From Candidatus Caldarchaeum sp. (GTDB lineage: Archaea > Thermoproteota > Nitrososphaeria_A > Caldarchaeales > Caldarchaeaceae), in contig JANWZT010000001.1 in the NCBI GenBank assembly GCA_025054515.1, forward strand, positions 1-46,152: a stretch of DNA of 46,152 nucleotides, written 5' to 3'. Shown piece by piece: positions 45,283 to 46,152 of the stretch; positions within the stretch are counted from its first letter, which is position 1; every line of letters begins with the position of its first letter. A model generated the notes under the pieces. The model searched no databases. It was not told the origin of the DNA and saw only the letters and a list, made by a program, of their open reading frames with translations. The position numbers and the translations under genes are program-made.

Positions 45283-45320
45283 TTACCCAGGTAACCAGTT
45301 ACCTAGGTAACTTATTTTCT
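45281..45320 (+). terminator. Two tandem 16-bp palindromes plus T-run (hairpin terminator and/or protein-binding site)
   Basis: AGTTACC-CA-GGTAACC (45281-45296) is followed directly by the perfect palindrome AGTTACCTAGGTAACT (45297-45312), then TATTTT. The element begins inside the purB stop codon. Confidence 0.5.
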
Positions 45321-45369
45321 GACAACACCCAGAAACGCTTAATTGACTGTCTCTGACGAAGGTAAACTA

Positions 45370-46152
45370 TGGCTGTCTGGCTGCTGTCCGGTAATCAGGA
45401 AAATTGGGAAAGAGCTGTCAGTGGGACTATGTGGGGGGTGGTAGAGAAGAAGGCAAACCTGTGGAAGGCCCTCGAGAAAAATGACTTACTGGTTTTCTAC
45501 TGTTCCAAACCAGTTTCAGGAATCATCGGCATTTCCCGCGTTGGAAACAAGTTTATCGAGGACGAACCATACTGGAGTGAAGAAGTAGCAAAAGGCCGAG
45601 TCATATGGAAATACAGGTTCGAGTTTACGCCGTTGTATATCCTACCGAGACATCATTGGGTCGATAAGGCCGTTCGTATGAATCTTGGAAAATTAACGAT
45701 AGCGGGAATCACACCGATAAGAGACGAGTCTTTGGTGAGAAGAATTTTTGAAAATCTTGAAAAACAATGGAACATAAACATCGAAGAGCTTCAGAAGATA
45801 AAAACGCTCAATGAGCGGATTTCAAGCCACGAGGAAGCTAAAGAGTTTCTCCTCGAACTGGGTAAATTCGGAGGATACATCGTCGAACAGGAGCTTAAGC
45901 TACCCGATTTAAATGAAAGGTTGGATGTGGTGTGGAGACGTGTCTCAGCTGGAGTGCCCACGTATGTTTTTGAAGTACATCGAAGGGGCAATCTCCATCA
46001 AGCCCTAACCAAACTCAAACATTCTTTCGACTTGTGGAACAGCAACATATACCTTGTTTGTGATGAGAAGCTCGTTAACGAGGTGAAAGATTACTTAGAG
46101 GGGGCTTTTCATGAAATAAAACAGAAAATAAGGATACTAACTTTTTCGAAAC
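45370..46152 (+). CDS. PUA-like/EVE-domain protein with C-terminal PD-(D/E)xK-like module; 3' end beyond the window
   Basis: Own translation gives 261 codons with no stop: MAVWLLSGNQENWERAVSGTMWGVVEKKANLWKALEKNDLLVFYCSKPVSGIIGISRV...; the C-terminal part reads HEEAKEFLLELGKFGGYIVEQE...RLDVVWRR...PTYVFEVHRRGNLHQALTKLKH. The gene is AT-rich relative to the rest of the window. Confidence 0.7.

Noticed and set aside
1-46152. Looked for CRISPR arrays, rRNA genes, IS elements, transposases, integrases, att-like direct repeats flanking the AT-rich islets, and duplicated tRNA 3' ends.
   Set aside because: I found no regularly spaced repeats, no rRNA-like segments, no transposase or integrase motifs in any ORF, and no convincing direct repeats around 36540-37694 or after the tRNA. 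This was inspection by eye only, so short or degenerate repeats could have been missed.

Overview
This is a dense, mostly housekeeping archaeal chromosomal segment with about 58 protein genes and 1 tRNA. I saw no rRNA, CRISPR array, transposase or integrase. Archaeal identity rests on orc1/cdc6 next to an ORB-bearing origin-like gap, a tRNA-Leu with two introns, and an archaeal/eukaryotic-type TrpRS. It also rests on the aspartate-semialdehyde (ADH synthase / DHQ synthase II) shikimate route, a GHMP-type shikimate kinase, pantoate kinase and Trm5. The multi-intron tRNA hints at a TACK/Thermoproteota-like lineage, which is inference only. Main blocks in order: GH4 glycosidase (partial); HEPN-MNT pair 1; trpS; citrate synthase + prpD; pyrD; nucleoside phosphorylase; BirA-like; Rieske protein; tRNA-Leu; dapA-like; udg + alkylpurine glycosylase; hisD; cupredoxin + membrane partner; trm5; bacterial-type thiO-thiS-thiG-thiE; HEPN-MNT pair 2; copA; orphan binding protein; asd-aroA'-aroB'-aroD-aroE-aroK-aroA operon; membrane proteins + pantoate kinase; origin + orc1/cdc6; nfi; a SAM methyltransferase; an AT-rich nuclease islet; a third nucleotidyltransferase; doxX/hxlR; amt-glnK; guaB-purA-purB; and an AT-rich EVE-like gene cut by the window end. 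Operonic junctions very often use 4-nt start/stop overlaps (ATGA, GTGA and, unusually often, TTGA). There are two best candidates for something undescribed. One is the AT-rich wHTH + PD-(D/E)xK-like nuclease at 36587..37480, with the neighbouring partner-less nucleotidyltransferase. The other is the PUA/EVE-like + nuclease-like fusion at 45370..46152, preceded by tandem palindromes. Neither can be established from sequence reading alone. All family assignments come from motif recognition by eye, not from searches.
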